DNA from: Camelus dromedarius
Taxonomy: Eukaryota
DNA: 64,000 bases
NCBI RefSeq assembly: GCF_036321535.1
Contig: NC_087436.1
Location: 65,226,001 to 65,290,000, forward strand
Reading direction: 5' to 3'
Under the pieces are notes generated by a model that saw only the letters and a program-made list of their open reading frames with translations, was not told where the DNA came from and made no database searches. Shown here in pieces: positions 38,850 through 50,309 of this stretch. A program made the translations under genes and the position numbers. Positions within the stretch are counted from its first letter, which is position 1; each line of letters starts with the position of its first letter.

Positions 38850-39474
38850 TGTGGGTTTGTCACCAGTTGTGGGTTCTGGCCAGCAGAAGTCCCACCGAGA
38901 TGGAATGAATTACTCAAGACTCTGTGGAAAAGTCAAGAGAAGGAGAGGGAGTCAGGAACCAACTCCATGAGCCTCTCAGATTTCTCATATTTATTGAGTA
39001 CAGTCAAAGGAGGAATGCGGGAATTTAGGGAAGGACAGGGTGGGCTCACAATGAATACAAAGGCTTTGTTTATTGTTGGTGTTTGGCTCAAGGTTAGAAG
39101 ACCCTTTTTGGTGAATCATGTTCGTGTTGAGCCTTTCAGCTTATCACGGCAGAATGTATGAGAATCAGCTGCTCTACAACTTGGACTCAGGTGGCTGTGC
39201 CTGTCTTAGGTTGCCCCCCTCAGGGGATCTTACCATCTTTGGCTAACCAGCCTTCTCACCTCTGAGCCTGCGGCTTTTTGTAAGTTGTTTACCATTCCAG
39301 CCCAAGGCTGTTTTGGGGATAGAAGACTAACAGCAGGCACGCCCAGCCCAGCGTTTATAGCCGAGGGCCTGGGTCATTGCTAAAACCTCAAGGCAGTTAC
39401 CAAGCACATCTTCTTTAAGGAGATAAGCAGCTGGGGTCTGTTATAATTTGTTAACCCAATCATGGGCTCCCACA
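38850..39474 (-). mobile_element. Solo LTR of an endogenous retrovirus, ERV2 (betaretrovirus-like) type, 625 bp
   Basis: Inverted termini tgtggg...cccaca, perfect 6-bp TSD cccatt (38844-38849, 39475-39480), minus-strand AATAAA at 38990-38995 and 39069-39074, GC and CpG content above the flanks. Confidence 0.9.
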
Positions 39475-39799
39475 CCCATTCATATTTTATAAGGACTAAA
39501 TAATTTTGAAATTAAAGTCTCCTTTTTTCTTTTGCTAACAACTTTGAAATATCATTTTTTTCTCTTTTCTTGTTTTCCACCAAAATGGAAACAGTATTTT
39601 TTCACCAATGTAGTAACTGCCATGGTTCTATGCGGAAGACAGTCTGATTCACTATATTGTCTGCTCTGCGTGTTTTCCCTTCTCAGAGCTCTCTCGTGCT
39701 GTTTAAGCCTTAATGGTGACTTGTTGAAATTCATTAATTTTCCTGAGATTATGACTAAATATATAGATCAAAAAGATAATATTTTCTAGAATTACTTCT

Positions 39800-40674
39800 G
39801 AAAATTTATATTTTAAATAAAGCTTCTACAAATATTTAATTTTTACCATTATTTCCTAATTATCTTACTGATTGCTACTTAGGTTCTGTCTATTGATGTG
39901 TATAGTGGAAGAGTTCCTCCATCATGTTGTAGTTCTGCACATCCCTCCAAATTCATATTCAGTGACCACTCTCTTGGTATCTTGGAATTGGGCATGGTTG
40001 CAGTGTTTACACCATAGAAATGGGCAAACATTACAAACCAGGGCTTGATTTATTGTTTTGTTGACTGTCTAGATTTAGGAAAATAACAGAGAACATGGTA
40101 TTGCAGATTAAACTTAAGTCTATCATATCTGTGGCCATTATGTTGTAAATAGCACCAAAAAGTGAGGAATTACGACAGCTCACTTTGAAAACAGTCTGAT
40201 TTAGCAAAGAATTCTCTCACATCATTGGCAATTGAAGTTCTGATATGGGTTTTCATTGTTTCATGTTGTCTTACCTATTAACATGAATGACGATCTCAAA
40301 CAATATTCATGTTGGAACTATGCTTATTAATCACCGACTTGAGTGATTTCTTTCTTATTCATTAATAACCAAGCATTATTCACAGTCTGATTGAAATTAT
40401 CATTGGTGCCAGAATGAAAAAAAGTTTGTAGCAGATTTTGTGAGAAATAGCCAGTCACATTGCAGTTACACATTTTTTAAAGTGTACATATTTTTGTTAC
40501 AGTTTGCTATTTATAAAATTATGTAAAGGAATACCAAAATCATCAAGTTAACACTCAAGTGGTATTGTGACTTTTATTAACATATATAGGCACACACACA
40601 CAGAGCACACTCCATCCCATACATATTTTCCTTTTTTCAAAGAGCCATTAGTAACATGTACCGGCACATGACTG
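39800..40674 (+). mobile_element. MER63-type hAT-Blackjack DNA transposon
   Basis: gggcatggttgcagtgtttacaccatagaaatgggcaaacattacaaaccagggcttgatttattgttttgttga and terminal agagccattagtaacatgtaccggcacatgactg match MER63. Confidence 0.8.
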
Positions 40675-41209
40675 CCCTATGTTGTAGTTCAGGCACTCAT
40701 TACCTCTCACTGGAGCACTGACATAATCTTTCACATCCTTCCCTGCTTTCCATCTTATCACTACTCCCTGCTTTTTCTGAGCTTTACAGTCTAGTAATAA
40801 GGACAGGCTTATATTTCTCCTACACAGCTTGTGGTGTTCAGTAACTTCATGACTTTGTTCTTCATATTTCTTTAGGCTTTTCTTTTTTATTTTAACTAGT
40901 GAAATTCATGTATCATGGTCCAACTGAGGTGTTTCATGTACACAGTAAATGTTCCATTATTTATCCCTTGGTCTCATATTATTTTTGCTTTGCTTTAATT
41001 TATATAAATCTCAGTTTATTCAAACATTAAGTGGGCTGTCACTCTGTTCTGCACATATTTATTCAGGTCTCATGTGTGGCAGGTGTTGCTTTAGGTAGTA
41101 GGGTGGGATATTTTAAAAAGGTAGAAATTTCTGACCTCAGAAACTAGTGATGAGACATCATCTAGATTCGTGATGGGGTGTGGGAAGCCTTTGGTTCATT
41201 GTGAGCACA

Positions 41210-41515
41210 TGTGAGTCAGCCTGGGCTGCTATAACAAAGTACCAGAGACTGAGTGGCTTATTCAACAACAGGCATTTGTATCTCACAGTTCTGGCCACCT
41301 TCTAGCTGCATCCTCATCTCCTGTGGGAGAAGAAGCTCTGGGATCTCTTTCTCTTCTTCTAAGAGCACTAATCTCATCATAGGGGCTTCCCCACCCTGAC
41401 CTCATCTGAACCTAATGAAACCAAGACTGCAGGTGCTAATACCATCACATTGGCAGTTGGTGCTTCAATATATGAATTTGGAGATGGGGACACAAAAATT
41501 CAGTCCCCAGTAGCA
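41210..41515 (-). mobile_element. MaLR solo LTR (MLT1A-like)
   Basis: ctgggctgctataacaaagtaccagagactgagtggctta...aataccatcacattgg...ggggacacaaaaattcagtc. Confidence 0.85.
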
Positions 41516-42195
41516 TTTAAACTTTAGTTGTGATGATGATGACATGATGATTCAGAACTAAATACTTTGTCCCTAAACTGAGCTTCTTTATGATTTTATG
41601 CACTTATGTGCCTTAAGAAGAAATTTCATCTTAGATTTCTCTGTAGATTCTTCATTGTCCTTCCCTTTCTCGGGGGCCCCATATGTTGGTGATCCATTAC
41701 CTAGGGATAGGTTGAATATTAACAAAAGGAAAAATGAAATGGGTGTTTTTGTATGTTTTAAGGTTACAGTCAATGACGTCCTTATGGGTTTACATGTTTA
41801 AGAACTCAGTTTATAGATCTAATGTTGGTATTTTGTTAAAGAATAACCAGTGGTTTGGATGAATTTTGGAAATAGAAATAACCAATTTCAAAACTGTAAA
41901 GTGGAAATATATATTGCCAGTTCAGATCATTGAAATCCAAAAATGAATTTAGTGATTTGTTCTAAGACACAACAGAGTGGTGACTGCTATCATTTCCTCT
42001 GATTAGTGCTCAGGGCAACTTTAGCTGAAAAAAGTTCCATTTCTATCAGACAGCATGTTTCTGAAAGCTTTTGATCATAAAGATAATTTCTTACTTCCTC
42101 TGCAAAATATTTAATATTTCCATTTACAGTTAACCAGACGTGATCATTGCTTAAGGATTTTTAATAGAAGTGAGATGATCATCAGTATTTCAAAA

Positions 42196-42679
42196 CAGGC
42201 CTACTTCATTTTATTGCACTTTTCACTTTAATTGCATTTTTTTCTACAAATTGAAGTTTTGTAGCAACCCTGCATCAAGCAAGCTATTGATGCCATTTTT
42301 CCAACAGCATTTGCTCCCTTCCTGTCTCTGTACCACATTTGGTAATTCTCACACTATTTCAAACGTTTTCATTATTATTGTGTATGTTATGGTGGTCTGT
42401 GATCAGTCATCTTTGATGTTACTATTAGAACTTGCTGAAGGCTCAGATTATGGTTAGATATTTTTTAATGATAAAGTATTTTAAATTAAGGTACGTACAT
42501 TGGTGTTTTGGCAAAATGTTATTGCACACTTAATAGACTACAGTATGATGTAAACATAGCTTTTATATCCACTGGGAAATCAAAACAAGTTTTGTGACTC
42601 ACTTTATTGAGTAATAAAGTGATAATTACTTTATTGCAGTGGTCTGGAACTGAACCCACATTATGTCCAAGTATGCCTG
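42196..42679 (+). mobile_element. Short non-autonomous Tigger1 derivative (Tigger1a_Art-like)
   Basis: Both Tigger1 ends (caggcctacttcattttattgc...gtatgcctg, followed by TA) fused at about 42425 with no transposase; homologous to the ends of 16114-17347. Confidence 0.9.
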
Positions 42680-43289
42680 TATAGCTACATATCTGTTACT
42701 AAGTCATGGGTTCATTATCACATAGTTTATGTATGTATATATACTTATATATATGTGTGTGTGTGTGTGCGTGCATATATATTTACTTCATCTCCTTCAC
42801 ATATACTTATGCAGGAAATTTTATCACATTCTGGATGAAGAAAAATCAAGGTAATTGAAATTTTGCAAACCTATTTCAGTGGAGCACCACATCTTTTGCT
42901 TCATTCTAAAACAGACTATATATAAAATTACAATTTAGTAATGAGCTTTATTAAAGAAAATAAATGGTTTCCATGAGTAATGAGATCATAATAATTTTTC
43001 ATAAATGACTCTAGCCAGATTTCATGTGAATTGACAAATTATGCTACAACTCAGAAGATTTAATTCGGCACAAGTCATAGAGTAGAATAAAACCATACAG
43101 TTCAAGAAAAGAGTAAATATTTAAATGAATTATATGGTCTTGAAATTTCAAATTATTGGCTACAGGAAATAGTGATAGAAATATATATAACATTTTTTAA
43201 ATAGAAAAAGCTTTGATTTTGAAAAATAACCTAAACTATCAAATTTTAAATATTTATCTCTCCGGGCTATTTATTGTAACTACTCACTA

Positions 43290-43450
43290 ACTATATGTGT
43301 GTGTGTGTGTATGCATGCATATATACATATATGTATGCACATACATATATTTAAATATATATGTATGTATATACATATGTAAAATTAATGCATGTATATT
43401 CACTATAACACGCATATATATATATAATGTATATAAACATATGGTATGTA
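43290..43450. repeat. Compound (TG)n/(TA)n/(TATG)n low-complexity repeat
   Basis: Seen directly; explains ORFs 43287-43493 and 43297-43509. Confidence 0.9.
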
Positions 43451-43979
43451 AAGTTTTAAATATTTCAAAATTTATAATATGTTCTAAAGACATTGATAAT
43501 TTAAAATAAGGTCATATTTCAGATTAAGCATTATTGAATAAATGGAATAAGTAAGAAAACCATTGTTGTGCTAAATCCACCAAAAAGTTTCAGTGTATAA
43601 AATTTTTGAATATAATAACTATTTTACTAAAGGGATAAAACAATACTTGTTCCTTAGCCATTTAACATTAAGTACGTTGATTTTTTGTCTGTTTTAACAT
43701 CACCGTTTTTGTGTTATTGCTAGGATCTTTATGTGTTATTATCAAAATCAACTTCTAACCATGTGATATCTACATTAACCATATTTTGGTATTGCAGAAT
43801 AAATAAATATAAAATGCTAAATATTATCATTTTACCGTTACTGTTCTTCTCCTTGAGTTCTCATGGTAAAGTAAAAAGGATGGTTGATCTCTCCTGAATA
43901 TTTTGTAAACCTATTTTAGATAAAGGTAAGCAATATTTAGAGGCTGAGAACTTGTGGTACTGCTACTAAACCTTAAAAA

Positions 43980-44417
43980 AATAAAAAGAAATAATACCAT
44001 TTACAAAAACATGGATGGACCTGGAGATTATCATACTTAGTGAAGTAAGTCAGACAGAAAAAGACAAATATTGTATGATATCACTTATATGTGGAATCTA
44101 AAATAATGACACAAATAAACTTATTTCCAAAACAGAAACAGACTCACAGACGTAGAAAACAAATGTATGGTTATCAAAGCAGAGAAGTGAGGGAGGCATA
44201 ACTTAGGAGTTTGGGATTAGCAAATATGAGTCACTATATATAAAATAGATAAACAAAAAGGTTCTACTGTATAGCACGGGGAAACTATATTCAATATCTT
44301 GTAATAACCTATAGTGAAAGAGAATATGAAAAAGAACATACATATGTATAAATGAATCAAATGCTGTATCATAGTAGAAACTAACACAACATTGTAAATC
44401 AACTATTCAATAAAAAA
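43980..44417 (+). mobile_element. L1 3' end (ORF2 C-terminus plus 3'UTR), cetartiodactyl type
   Basis: atggatggacctggagattatcatacttagtgaagtaagtcagacagaaaaagacaaata...ctactgtatagcacggggaaactatattcaatatcttgtaataacctata...aacacaacattgtaaatcaactat. Confidence 0.92.
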
Positions 44418-44829
44418 CAGCATTAGTAATTTTGGATATCTGAGTATACCAAAATAAGTAAAAAAAAATTCCTGCTCAAAAACAAGAGAGAACTTATTTT
44501 ATTGGAAAAATCTCCTTTGTTGTTTAATTTCTAATCAATGCAGAAGAGCATTTGAAACCTTGACTGGTAAACATTCTTCTAACTTATTTACAAGGATATT
44601 CTTTGGATTCTTGTAATACAGAAGTATTCCTGTAGTTCAGTGTGGTGTATTTTGTCCTAGTGCTTTAAATCTGTTTAAAGAAAAAGCATTTTATTAATCT
44701 AAGCATGTCACATCAGATGAATTTTAAAAATATCTCATGGTCAGAATACTTTGGAAAGTTGTACATTTTCAGAATTTGGAAGGATTTTAGAAAATTTCTA
44801 GAAAATCTCTTTTCAGTGCCCACTGGAGA

Positions 44830-45030
44830 GGCCTGGATAGTAGTGGTTACGAGTGCAGGACCCAGAGTCAGGCTTGTTAGATAGCAATGTTGGCTTTATA
44901 CCCAATAGTCAACTACCCCTAATATGCGAACCTGGGTCAGGTAACTTAACTTCTTAATTTCTCTAAACGTGGCATCTTTCGCAGCAGCCATCTTACATAA
45001 TTCTTATTAGGACTAAATAAACTGATACAG
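44830..45030 (+). mobile_element. MIR SINE
   Basis: gtagtggttacgagtgcaggacccagagtcagg...ggtcaggtaacttaacttct. Confidence 0.65.
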
Positions 45031-45391
45031 AGAAGGGGAGCCCTGGTTGATAAATCTGTAGATCGTGGGTTTATTCAGTGTAAGTTATCCTTTAGCCAGG
45101 AGTATCTTGCTAAGGACATTTCAGGTAAGATCTCTTCCTCTTAGCAAATTTTTATTGGTATGTTTACATTGAGATCCTGTTGCCAATGAGATTACACCAG
45201 GTATAATAATAATAATTTTAGAAAAACCCTGGGTCCATGTTTCACTTGACATTTATACCAGTTGTGTGACCTTAGATGAGAAAGCCCTCTTGCCTTTTTT
45301 CAGCTCCAATTTTCTGAACTGTGAAAGGACATAGTAGTGACTGCTGTGACTGTCTCATAATGTTTGTGTTCATAAAATAATGTTATGCATT

Positions 45392-45567
45392 TTTGAAAAA
45401 ATTTTGAGATATAATTGACATATGATATATTAGTTTCAGGTGTACAGTATAATTCTTTGCTCTTAAAAGTTGTCATCACAAGAAAACAAAATTTTAACTC
45501 TGGTGATGAATGTTAACTCAACTTACTTTGGTGATCATTTTGCAATAAATCACCAATTTAAAAAATT
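45392..45567 (-). mobile_element. Short L1 3' end with 5' inversion
   Basis: 45402-45455 is the terminal L1 3'UTR in reverse; 45461-45550 is the adjacent upstream 3'UTR segment in forward orientation. Confidence 0.75.
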
Positions 45568-46158
45568 ATTTGTTCCCAGTAAATACAGGCTTCAGAAAAT
45601 AAACACCTTAGAGTTGATCTCTTTAAGACAGTGCCTGTGTTTCATTATTTTTGAATTTGTAATTAAGGCTTCTTTTTAGTGTTAAAATAAAAACAATTGA
45701 TTGAGGCCTTTCTTTGCAAAACATCTTTAATCTTTTTGAGATTTTGTTCCTATATTCAATTATAAATAAGCTGAATTTGAGCTTTTTAATAAAGAAGCTA
45801 CACCTCCATCTAGAAATAACTAACACTTTAGTTTACTTTAAAATTCAGCATATTTCAATTATTTAACATACTTGTAGGTATATCAATTACTTTTTAAGAA
45901 TGTTTTATAGCTAAGAATGTTCCTTATAATAAAAAACTAATTAAAACCTTAACCAAAATTGTTTATTAAATATTCATAGCTACCTGGGGAAAAATCCTAT
46001 CGAAAGTCTTGTCTTAACCAAGCCTGTTATGTCTGGGTCCTAGATGAAGAGAGGAGGTCAGTGTCTTCCTTCCCCGCTTTCACCTCTGGGTCATTATTTT
46101 GCTTCCCTAAAGAACATCTGATTATTTGAGATTCATATTGTCTCATTCTGCCATTTCT

Positions 46159-47051
46159 TTTTTTTTTTTAGGTTATAACAGATATTTTTTCTCCCAATTT
46201 TACTGAGATGGCATTGACATACAGCACTGTATAAGTTTAAGTTATCCAGCATAATAATTTGATGTACATATCATGAAATGATTAACACAGTAAGTTAGTG
46301 AATGTCCATCATCCCATATAGATAACAAATTAAAGAAATAGAAAAAACAATTTTTTCTTGTGATGAGAACTTTTAGGATTTACTCTCTTAACTTTCATAT
46401 ATAATGTACAGCAATGTAAATTATGTTTTATGTTGTACATAAATAAATACCCCTAGTACTTATTTATCTTGTAACTGGAAGTTTGTACCTTTTCACTACC
46501 TTTATCCAGTTCCCCCTCTCTCATCCCCCACCTCTGGTAACCAGTCTTACCTCTTTTTCTACAAGTTTGTTTGTTTTTGAAGTATAATTGACCTACGATA
46601 CTGTTAGTTCCTGTTATACAGCATAATAATTCGATATTTGTATACATTTCAAAATGACCATCAGGGTAAGTCTAGTTATGGTATGTCATCATACAAATAT
46701 ATTACAAAGTTATTGACTTTATTTTCCACATAATGCATTTCATACCTGTGACTCATTTCTTTTGTAACTGGAAATTTGTACCTCTAATCTCCCTCATCTA
46801 ATTCTTTCCTCCCCCAACCCCTCCCTTCTGGCAATCACCTTTTTGTTCTCTGTATTTATAACTCTGAGTTATATTTGTTCATTTGTTCTGTTTTTTAGAC
46901 TCCACATATAAGTGAAATCATGTATTTGTCTTTCTCTGTCTGACTTACTTCACTTAGCATAGTATAATATAGGTTCATCCATGTTGTCACAAATGGCAAG
47001 ATTTCCTTCTTTTTTATGCCAAGTAATAGTCCATTGTATATTCCATTCCAG
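46159..47051 (-). mobile_element. 5'-truncated L1 with duplicated 3'UTR module and 13-bp TSD
   Basis: TSD ttctgccatttct at 46146-46158 and 47052-47064; T tract at 46158-46169; ORF 46895-47182 contains L1 ORF2 C-terminus IKKKEILPFVTTWMNL...LSEVSQTEK. Confidence 0.93.
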
Positions 47052-47562
47052 TTCTGCCATTTCTGTCTCTGTCTTTTGCAATCATCTATGGGCCTTATGT
47101 GAATCTTGTGATTTATTAACAGTTTTGGAATCAGCCTTAGAGTCTTCACCTTAATTTGTGCCAATTTTTGGAGTGACTTCAATATTCATATGACAAACCA
47201 GGCAGTGTTGTATATCTCAGTTCCATGTCTGAAATGATTAGTGTTTGCTGACGCAGGTAGCTCTTTCAATCAGAATATTTCTAAGCTTTTTATACTTTAA
47301 ACGATGGTACCACAGTCCAGAATTTAAAACATAGCTATATTCCACCAACGAGCTTTATGTGCCAGTGTATTCTAGCAGAGAGAGTTCAGAAATAACTCTT
47401 ATTATTCAGAAATAAATATTATGCTTTATTTCCTTTGCTGGTGCCTCACGAGAATCAGAGAAAGTTTCAGTTTCACATTCAGGAATTCTTTGTCTGAGAA
47501 ATGGAAGTGAAATTCAAGGAAGCACTTGCAGGCCTGGTATGAAATATCCTCTTATAGCCTTC

Positions 47563-47590
47563 AAAAAAAAAAAAAAAAAGAGAGAGAGAG
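47563..47590. repeat. Poly(A) run followed by (GA)n
   Basis: Seen directly. Confidence 0.9.
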
Positions 47591-47752
47591 TAGTTTTGGT
47601 TAGACCTATAATCTGCCATTTGGATAAGCTTCATTCTTGAAGACCTGTTCTGTTTTATGTATTAAGTAAGTATTTACTGAGCTCTTATTTGCAAGGCCCT
47701 GTTTGCATCGTGAATGAAAGAGAGAAGACCCTTGCTCTCAGAGAACTTGTGT

Positions 47753-47793
47753 TATAAACAAGTATAAACAAGTATAAATAAGTATAAACAAGT
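47753..47793. repeat. 10-bp tandem repeat (AGTATAAACA) x ~4
   Basis: ttataaaca agtataaaca agtataaata agtataaaca agt. Confidence 0.92.
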
Positions 47794-48272
47794 CAATGAT
47801 GAAGAGTGACCTTCACTGAAGGATCGCACATTAGAACAGGGATATTGGAGAAAGAGTGAAAGGAGGGACAATTTGGATAGGATGAACAGGAAAAAGCTGT
47901 TTGAAATCAGGACGTTTGATAAGTGATTGATAGTAAAAATAGATACATTTCAGGATTTGGAGAGAGAATTTTAAGTAGAGGATAATTCAAGCCAATACCT
48001 TTAGGCAGAATTAAATTTCAATTATATGAGAAACAGAGATGTAACTAAGGTGGTTGGAGTTTAATAAATGATGAAGAGAGTTGTATGAAGGCTGACAGTC
48101 CAGACAGGAGATAGTTGAGGCTTGGTTCAGGGTAGTAGAAAGAAAGTGAGAAGAGTTCAGGGAAGGGAACAGAGAGACTCAGCAGATTTAGAGAGATGGA
48201 GTTGCCCCTAGAGTGGTCAAAACTAGGAAAAGAGAAGATTTGAGGTAAATAATCAAGATGTCTGTTTTGCAG

Positions 48273-48653
48273 TGTTACAGACTGAATTGTGTCCCTGCCA
48301 AATTTGTATGTTGATGTCCTAACACCTAGTACCTTAGAATATGACAGTATTTAAACAAATGGCCCTGAAAGGGATAGTTCAAGATAAAATGAAGCCTTTA
48401 TGGGGGAGCCTTAGTCCATATCCGGTGTCCTTTTATGCAGAAAGAAAGATGGCTCACAGAGAAAAGACCACATGAAGACGTAGCAGGAGGGCAGCCCAGT
48501 GCAATCCAAGGAGAGAGGACTTAGGAGAAACCAAACCTCTGACAGCACCTTGATCTTAGACTTTCGTTGCTAGAACTGTGAGAAAGTAAATTTTTGTTGT
48601 AAAGTTACCCAGTCTCTGGTATTTTGCTTTGGCAGTCCTGGGGGACTAATACA
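48273..48653 (+). mobile_element. MaLR solo LTR (MLT1B-like)
   Basis: tgttacagactgaattgtgtccctgccaaatttgtatgttgatgtcctaac...agaactgtgagaaagtaaatttttgttg...gactaataca. Confidence 0.9.
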
Positions 48654-49587
48654 CACAGTTTGCATTTGAGGTGCACAGTAGACAACCAGTGCAGATGCCA
48701 AGTAAACTATTGGCATGAGAAGATGCTAAGATGTGAAATTCAAATTTTAGACATTAGTGTTTCAATAAGTAACCAAAATTATCTAGATACTGTCTGCTGG
48801 TCTTAGTATCATTCCTGTGAATGTAAAGGCAAACTCTATTACTCATGTTTCAGCTAGGTTAAGAGAGAATCTATGAAAAGCTTGTTGGTTCTGTTAATTG
48901 TTTTCTGCAATGCCACTGATAGGGAAAACACAATATTAATAGAGTTCTAGAATTGATAAAAAGAGACATTCAGTTTCAGAATTTGGCTCCAATAATACAT
49001 AGGTAGAAGCCTACCAACTATCAAGGATTAGTCGAAGAATGCTAATTTTTTATAAAGGTTAGATAAAATCAGACACAAAATCATCTTTGCAGAGATGATA
49101 TGCAAGAATGGCTTTCCACTCTAAATCCATACAGTAGACTTGAAACAACACTACAAAAGTGTATCCTGAATGGGTTTCTCAGATACTCTGTTTAGTCTTT
49201 GAAAACACCAATCAAAGGAGACAGAAGGCATGGCTGGCAGAGTTGAATGACAAAGCGAGGACTTCACACCTGCACAGCACTGAGAAAATCATGTTTAATC
49301 TAAGAAATTTTAAGTGAGACAGTGACCTCATGCTATGAGGTAAAAAGGATTTAGTTGAGTAAAGGTGAGGACTGTTTATCTGATTGGGAAAATTTATTAT
49401 TTCCAAATAAGAGAGTAAGATATTTGTTTAGTAACTCTGTTAATTTCTAAGGAGCATGTAGACCCAAAGAGATAAGTACCTAATATGCTAAGGAAACCAT
49501 TTTCCTAACTCTGTTGGAAATTACCAAGTTGAAAATTTCAAGAAAAGCCGGTGCCTTATCCTGGCATTGAATTTAGAAAGCACTATC

Positions 49588-50250
49588 GACAAGATGACTG
49601 GATAAAGAAGTTGTGGTACATTTATACAATGGAATACTACTAGGCCATAAAAAGATAAAAATAACATCATTTGTGGCAACATGGATAGACCTGGAGATTG
49701 TCATACTAAGTGAAGTAAGCCAGAAAGAGAAAGAAAAATACCATATGATATCACTTACATGTGGAATCTATAAAAACAAAAATGAGACAAATGAACTTAT
49801 TTACAAACATGAACAGACTCACAGACATAGGAAACAAACTTTTGGTTACCAGAGGGATGGGGGAGATGGAGGGATAAATTTGGAGTTTGGGATTTGCAGA
49901 TACTAACTAGTATAAAATAACCAACAAGTTTATGCTCTATAGCACAGGGAATTATATTCAATACCTTGTAATTCAATACCTATAATGAAAAAGAATATGT
50001 ATATAATCATATGTATATAATCCTTTTCATATTTAATATATGTTTTATATATATAATATATATATATTATAATGAAAAAGAATATATGAAAAGGCTATAT
50101 GTATATAATCCTTTTCATATTTAATATATGTTTTATATATATAATATATATATATTATAATATATAACTGAAAATCACTCTGCTGTACACCAGAAACTAA
50201 CACAACATTGTAAACCGACTATACTTCTATTTAAAAGAAGGGTGGCGGGG
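49588..50250 (+). mobile_element. Young 5'-truncated L1 with 13-bp TSD
   Basis: TSD agaaagcactatc at 49575-49587 and 50251-50263 preceded by ttt (endonuclease-type site); ORF 49613-49906 holds ORF2 C-terminus FVATWIDLEIVILSEVSQKEK. Confidence 0.95.
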
Positions 50251-50309
50251 AGAAAGCACTATCATTTCTAAGAGAGAAAGTAAAGATTTTCTTTAAAGCA
50301 GTGATTTAT

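Larger units (their letters stand above)
47660..48770 (-). mobile_element. L2 LINE fragment interrupted by MLT1B
   Basis: tatttactgagctcttattt...cccttgctctcagagaactt at left; aatcaagatgtctgtttt resumes as agtttgcatttgaggtgcacagtagacaacc after the LTR. Confidence 0.75.

Noticed and set aside
39924..40690. 12-bp direct repeat atgttgtagttc as a TSD around MER63
   Set aside because: The left copy lies inside MER63-homologous sequence and hAT TSDs are 8 bp; coincidence
43920..43925. 6-nt microexon ATAAAG between ttttag and gtaagc
   Set aside because: Weak pyrimidine tract and no upstream UGC enhancer motif; too short to support
47753..47793. Short direct repeats as a CRISPR-like array
   Set aside because: No spacers, 10-bp unit, mammalian context; simple tandem repeat
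49613..49906. 97-aa ORF as a gene
   Set aside because: L1 ORF2 C-terminus reading into the 3'UTR of a truncated copy
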